Of a stretch of 64,000 nt of DNA, positions 61,836 to 64,000 are shown one piece after another. The translations under genes and the position numbers were made by a program. The notes under the pieces were generated by a model. That model was not told where the DNA came from and did no database searches. It saw only the letters and a program-made list of their open reading frames with translations. The DNA is from Solirubrobacterales bacterium (GTDB lineage Bacteria; Actinomycetota; Thermoleophilia; Solirubrobacterales; JBBDJG01). The stretch lies in the NCBI GenBank assembly GCA_035650255.1, contig DASRIA010000086.1, positions 1,682-65,681 of the forward strand, read 5' to 3'. Every line of letters begins with the position of its first letter. The stretch's first letter is position 1.

Positions 61836-62594
61836 CTATTCCGGCTTCGCGGGGACGGTCACGATCGGAGGCGGGGCGGCACCGCCGGGAGACCCCTCCT
61901 CCTCGAGCAGCCGCCGCAGCCTGCGCAGCTGCCCGCGGGCGTGCTTCGAGGTCAGCTCGAGCTTCACCAGCGTCATGTACAGCAGCGCCATGCCGGCCAG
62001 CGCGACGAGGAACGTCAACCGCATCTCGCCGGGCATGTCGCCCGCGGTCTGGTTGAGCACGCGGGGATGCACGAGGTTCTCCGCCAGCCGCACCGCGATG
62101 AAGTTGATCGGCACGAACGCTCCTGCGGTGATCGCGAAGACCGATGCGTACCGCGCCCTGCGCTGCGGGTCCTCGATCGAGTAGCGCAGCGGGTAGTACG
62201 TCACGTAGAGCAGGAAGACGATCAGGAAGCTGACGAGGGTGGGCTCGTCCCACACCCACCACTTGCCCCACGCCGCCTTGGCCCAGATCGCTCCGGTGAT
62301 CAGCACGCCCACGCCGAAGATCACGCCCATGTGGATCGCCACGTAGGAGCGGTAGTCCCAGCGATCGTCGCGGGTGCGCAGGTGCATGACGCCCAGCAGG
62401 CCGGCGACGACGAACCCGATCAGGGCGACGATCGCGAGCGGAACGTGCACGTAGAAGATCTTCTGGACGAAGCCTTGGTCGGCATCGTTCGGTGCGTAGA
62501 AGAAGACAAGCGCAATGGCCGTGGCCAGCACTGCCGTCGAGGCGAGCGCAAGACCCCGGAGACCCCTGCCAAAAAGCGTCGAGTCCAGGTCAAT
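61836..62594 (-). CDS. ccmC: Heme exporter protein C (CcmC); the 5' end probably uses a non-canonical start
   Basis: IFYVHVPLA and WAKAAWGKWWVWDEPTL (WWD motif). The track start GTG 62531 leaves only about 10 hydrophobic residues before YAPND. The in-frame upstream sequence IDLDSTLFGRGLRGLALASTAV completes TM1 but offers only ATT 62594 or CTG 62588 as start codons. Confidence 0.8.
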   Translation of the reverse strand: MDLDSTLFGRGLRGLALASTAVLATAIALVFFYAPNDADQGFVQKIFYVHVPLAIVALIGFVVAGLLGVMHLRTRDDRWDYRSYVAIHMGVIFGVGVLITGAIWAKAAWGKWWVWDEPTLVSFLIVFLLYVTYYPLRYSIEDPQRRARYASVFAITAGAFVPINFIAVRLAENLVHPRVLNQTAGDMPGEMRLTFLVALAGMALLYMTLVKLELTSKHARGQLRRLRRLLEEEGSPGGAAPPPIVTVPAKPE

Positions 62595-63261
62595 CCTCCA
62601 TGAGGAAGTCGAATACCGCGTAGGCCAGCAGCCCGAAGATCAGATCATAGAGGGCCAGCACAGCCAGCCATTTGCCCACCCCAGAGGTCTCGAGCGGGAT
62701 CGACAGCAACGGCTTGGTGGCTGCCGCAGCGCCGATCATGACCGGAAGCGTGAGCGGGAGGAGCAGGAGCGGCAGCAGCAGGTCGCGAGCTCTCGTGTGA
62801 ACTGCGATCGAGGCGAGCAGGGCCCCGACGGTGGCGAGGCCGAGGTCCGCCAGGACGGCCACCACCAGCAGTCGCGGCAGCGCCTCCCAGAAACCGTCCG
62901 ACAGGAAGAACAGCGCGAAGACCGGAAGCGCGACGAGCTCCAGCGCGAGCAGGTAGGTGAACAACGCGCCCGCCTTCGCGATCAAGAGGGAGGTGCGCTC
63001 GATCGGGGCCATCAGGATTCCGTCGAAGCCGCCCTGCTCCCGCTCGGCGACGAATATGCGGTTGATGCCGAGGATCGCCGCGAACAGGATCGTCACCCAC
63101 AACACTCCCGCGGCGAGCTCGCCCTCGAGGCGGTCGCGATCGAGGCCGAAGTGGAAGATGACGAAGGTCGTGACGGCGAAGATCGCCATCGACGGGACCG
63201 ACTCCTTCGTGCGCAGCTCGACGAGCAGGTCCTTGCGCAGGATGGCGCCGACCGGCCTCAC
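62590..63261 (-). CDS. ccmB: Heme exporter protein B (CcmB)
   Basis: Internal GTG 63261 (GTGA overlap with the ccmA stop). ILRKDLLVELRTKE...INRIFVAEREQGGFDGILMAPIERTSLLIAK...LLPLLLLPLTLPV is colinear with CcmB. 223 aa. Confidence 0.85.
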   Translation of the reverse strand: MRPVGAILRKDLLVELRTKESVPSMAIFAVTTFVIFHFGLDRDRLEGELAAGVLWVTILFAAILGINRIFVAEREQGGFDGILMAPIERTSLLIAKAGALFTYLLALELVALPVFALFFLSDGFWEALPRLLVVAVLADLGLATVGALLASIAVHTRARDLLLPLLLLPLTLPVMIGAAAATKPLLSIPLETSGVGKWLAVLALYDLIFGLLAYAVFDFLMED

Positions 63262-63974
63262 GCGACCGCACCTCCGTAGACGCCGCGGATGTCGGCGGCC
63301 GACACGTGCGCCGCGGGCGCGTCGGCGGCCACGTGCCCGGCGCGCAGTGCGAGTACGCGGTCTGCCTCCGCGAGGCCGTGCTCGACGTCGTGCGTGACGA
63401 GCACGCGCGTCGCGTCGCTGCCGGGACCGATGAGGCCGTCGACCGCGGATGCCGCCTCCGGGTCGAGATGAGCGCGCGGCTCGTCGAGCAGGAGCAGCCT
63501 GGGCCGGTGCAGGACCGCGCGGCACACCGCGAGCCGCTGCGCCATCCCGCGTGAGAGGTTGCGGATCGGCTCGTCGGCGCGGCGCGTCATGCCGGTCGCC
63601 TCCAGCAGGTGGGCGATGCGTGCGGCGGCGTCGGCCACCTCGTAGAGCTGCGCGTAGAAGGCAAGGTTCTCGCGGCCCGACAGGTCCCGGTAGAGCAGCG
63701 GGTCGTGCGAGAGGAAGCCGACGAGCGGCCGCACCCGATGAGACTCGCGCGGCAGGTCCGAGCCCAGGACCCGCAGCGTCCCCGCGTGCGGGACCAGCAA
63801 CGTGGCGAGCATCCGGAGGAGCGTCGTCTTTCCCGCTCCGTTGGGGCCGAACACGGCGAGCGTCCTGCCTGCTTCGAGGCTGGTGCTGACGGCATGCAGC
63901 GCCTCGCGCTCGCCGTAGCGTCTCGTCACCTCGCGCAGGAGGATCGCTTCCGTGCCGGCCTCGCCTTCCGACAC
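63258..63974 (-). CDS. ccmA: Heme ABC exporter ATP-binding protein (CcmA)
   Basis: Walker A GPNGAGKTTL, signature LSRGMAQRL, Walker B LLLDEP. Its position lies directly upstream of ccmB. Confidence 0.85.
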   Translation of the reverse strand: MSEGEAGTEAILLREVTRRYGEREALHAVSTSLEAGRTLAVFGPNGAGKTTLLRMLATLLVPHAGTLRVLGSDLPRESHRVRPLVGFLSHDPLLYRDLSGRENLAFYAQLYEVADAAARIAHLLEATGMTRRADEPIRNLSRGMAQRLAVCRAVLHRPRLLLLDEPRAHLDPEAASAVDGLIGPGSDATRVLVTHDVEHGLAEADRVLALRAGHVAADAPAAHVSAADIRGVYGGAVA

Positions 63975-64000
63975 CTGCGCCGGCTCGGCCTGCTCAACCT

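Overview
Very GC-rich bacterial chromosome segment (GC not computed). The gene order (rpsF-ssb-rpsR-rplI-dnaB; an mprA/mprB/pepD-like module) suggests an actinobacterial-type genome, possibly Thermoleophilia or Rubrobacteria; this is inference only. Coding density is close to 100% and many neighbouring genes share 1-4 nt start/stop overlaps. Most long ORFs in the track are antisense or out-of-frame shadows, as expected at this GC content. I kept one frame per locus on the basis of recognisable motifs.

Content, left to right:
- MMPL transporter (partial).
- A four-gene UDP-2,3-diacetamido-uronic-acid-type sugar operon plus an unknown membrane protein.
- purA, then a beta-helix/sulfatase fusion.
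- rpsF-ssb-rpsR-rplI-dnaB followed by a DnaC/DnaI-like AAA+ gene.
- A response regulator / histidine kinase / HtrA / IMPase-family run followed by treT-otsA.
- An M28-like membrane protein and a FlgM-like small ORF.
- A PBP1A / GT-C / thiL run.
- A molybdopterin oxidoreductase, HAD hydrolase, CPBP protease, patatin, pyrE, a GT17 (GnT-III-like) glycosyltransferase, a methyltransferase, tRNA-Arg(CCT) and an alpha/beta hydrolase.
- A five-gene peptide-type ABC importer and a TetR regulator.
- Two paralogous membrane HD-GYP proteins (one degenerate) flanking an MFS gene.
- galT, an SPFH/NfeD pair and a TlpA-like redoxin.
- A large SF2 helicase with a poly-acidic insert.
- A ten-gene minus-strand chain: ccmA-ccmB-ccmC-ccmD-sirC-hemA-hemC-cobA/hemD-DUF62-birA.

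I found no CRISPR array, rRNA, transposase or prophage, and no obvious self-contained novel system. The most unusual items are:
- the dnaB-coupled DnaC-like loader;
- the apparent non-canonical start codons of hemC and ccmC;
- the fused ccm/heme chain;
- the stress two-component module contiguous with trehalose synthesis;
- the canonical/degenerate HD-GYP pair;
- the helicase with the acidic insert.
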